IMG/VR virus record: IMGVR_UViG_3300030207_003650
Location: 1 to 25,266 of that record
Length of the DNA: 25,266 bases
Strand: one strand, 5' to 3'
From: a virus
Taxonomy: Duplodnaviria > Caudoviricetes
Position numbers and translations under genes: made by a program. The notes beneath the pieces were generated by a model, which was not told the DNA's origin, made no database searches, and was given only the letters and a program-made list of their open reading frames with translations. This document shows positions 24,424-25,266 of this stretch, piece by piece; position 1 is the first letter of the stretch, and each line of letters starts with the position of its first letter.

Positions 24424-25266
24424 AGTTTTGGATCTGTTCGCCGGGATTGGTGGTTTCAGTCTGGGACTAGAAATGACGGGTGGTTTTGAGACTGTAGCTT
24501 TTTGTGAAATTGAAAAATATCCGCAAGAAATTTTAAAAAAAAATTTTCTAGATGTGCCAATTTATGAAGACGTTCGAGAACTCACAGCAGATAGACTTAT
24601 TCGGGATGGTATCGGAAGAATCGATGTCATCACCGGAGGCTACCCCTGTCAGCCATTCTCCGTCGCCGGGAAGCAAAAAGGCGAAGCAGATGACCGCCAC
24701 CTCTGGCCGTTCATGCTTGAAATTATTGCACAAGTCAGACCCTCTTGGGTCATTTGCGAAAACGTTTCTGGTCACATCGCCCTGGGCCTCGACCAAGTGT
24801 TATTTGACTTGGAAAACAAAGGCTACGCCTCAAGGACGTTTGTTGTTCCAGCTTGCGCCGTTAATGCCCCGCACAGAAGAGACAGACTCTGGATTGTGGC
24901 ACACGCCGAATGCAATGGATTCGCTCCCGCCGAGAGGGGAAGAGGCGTTAAAAAGGCAATACGAAGGAAACAGAAAGGGTCGGAAAGAACATTCGACACT
25001 CAGGGAGCAAGTGGTTTACCCGCCACCCGGGAAGATGTGGCCCACGCCAACAGCAGCAACAAACGGTCCAGGGAAAGATCCAAACAACAAGAGGGGGATT
25101 CATCAGGGCAACGCGCTAGCGACGGCGGTGATGTGGCCCACACCCACGGTGCAGGATTCAAACAAAGCGACGAAAAAGTGGCGGGAAAATCATCAGAACA
25201 ATTTGACAGCAGCGGTGTTCAACCCGGAGAAAATGCTTTGGCCGACAGCGTCAGCAGCGAACGCGA
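24416..25266 (+). CDS. C5-cytosine DNA methyltransferase, catalytic polypeptide (runs off the window; not in ORF track)
   Basis: MLKVLDLFAGIGG (motif I), GGYPCQPFS.AG (IV), ENV (VI), HRRDR (VIII); frame open to the end. Confidence 0.95.
   Translation, partial: MLKVLDLFAGIGGFSLGLEMTGGFETVAFCEIEKYPQEILKKNFLDVPIYEDVRELTADRLIRDGIGRIDVITGGYPCQPFSVAGKQKGEADDRHLWPFMLEIIAQVRPSWVICENVSGHIALGLDQVLFDLENKGYASRTFVVPACAVNAPHRRDRLWIVAHAECNGFAPAERGRGVKKAIRRKQKGSERTFDTQGASGLPATREDVAHANSSNKRSRERSKQQEGDSSGQRASDGGDVAHTHGAGFKQSDEKVAGKSSEQFDSSGVQPGENALADSVSSER
24552..25266 (+). CDS. Nested +1-frame polypeptide with WPTP repeats (putative MTase beta/TRD subunit, partial)
   Basis: Open from ATG 24552 (or 24564) to the window end with no stop: ...QIDLF...SGLWHTPNAMD...WPTPTA...WPTPTVQD...WPTASA. 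Confidence 0.75.
   Translation, partial: MCQFMKTFENSQQIDLFGMVSEESMSSPEATPVSHSPSPGSKKAKQMTATSGRSCLKLLHKSDPLGSFAKTFLVTSPWASTKCYLTWKTKATPQGRLLFQLAPLMPRTEETDSGLWHTPNAMDSLPPRGEEALKRQYEGNRKGRKEHSTLREQVVYPPPGKMWPTPTAATNGPGKDPNNKRGIHQGNALATAVMWPTPTVQDSNKATKKWRENHQNNLTAAVFNPEKMLWPTASAANA

Noticed and set aside
24548-24796. 82-aa minus-strand ORF
   Set aside because: Antisense shadow of the methyltransferase motifs IV-VI.

Overview
The whole window is one contiguous segment of a temperate tailed phage, probably podovirus-like. No host genes are present and the att region looks intact (attP), so this is probably the free or circular form. A gammaproteobacterial host is inferred from the lambda-like CI/Cro, IHF sites and tRNA type. 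1-15726 (+): late morphogenesis genes: head-tail adaptor, tail fibre, three tandem ~500-aa paralogous receptor-binding-like proteins, nozzle/stabilisation protein and three large ejection-type proteins, plus several microgenes missing from the ORF track. 16100-16450: putative attP and a complete tRNA-Pro(UGG). 16454-20409 (-): integrase, excisionase-like gene, SSB-like protein, YqaJ exonuclease, ERF recombinase and CI-like repressor. 20588-25266 (+): an extra XRE regulator, Cro-like protein, primase Zn-finger, replication initiator with internal iterons, SF4 helicase, nuclease, NinB-like protein and a C5 methyltransferase. Highlights: (1) the apparent attP core is only a tRNA-Pro anticodon stem-loop between two IHF sites, followed by a full tRNA-Pro with a different anticodon stem, suggesting a 'break and replace' integration strategy; (2) the methyltransferase is dual-coding over more than 700 nt, with tandem WPTP modules in the +1 frame; (3) a distributed GTAGATAC-N5-GTATCTAC operator occurs at every early promoter, and the CI lacks its autocleavage serine; (4) the tail protein is triplicated, with constant ends and variable cores. 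All calls are by eye; no searches were run.
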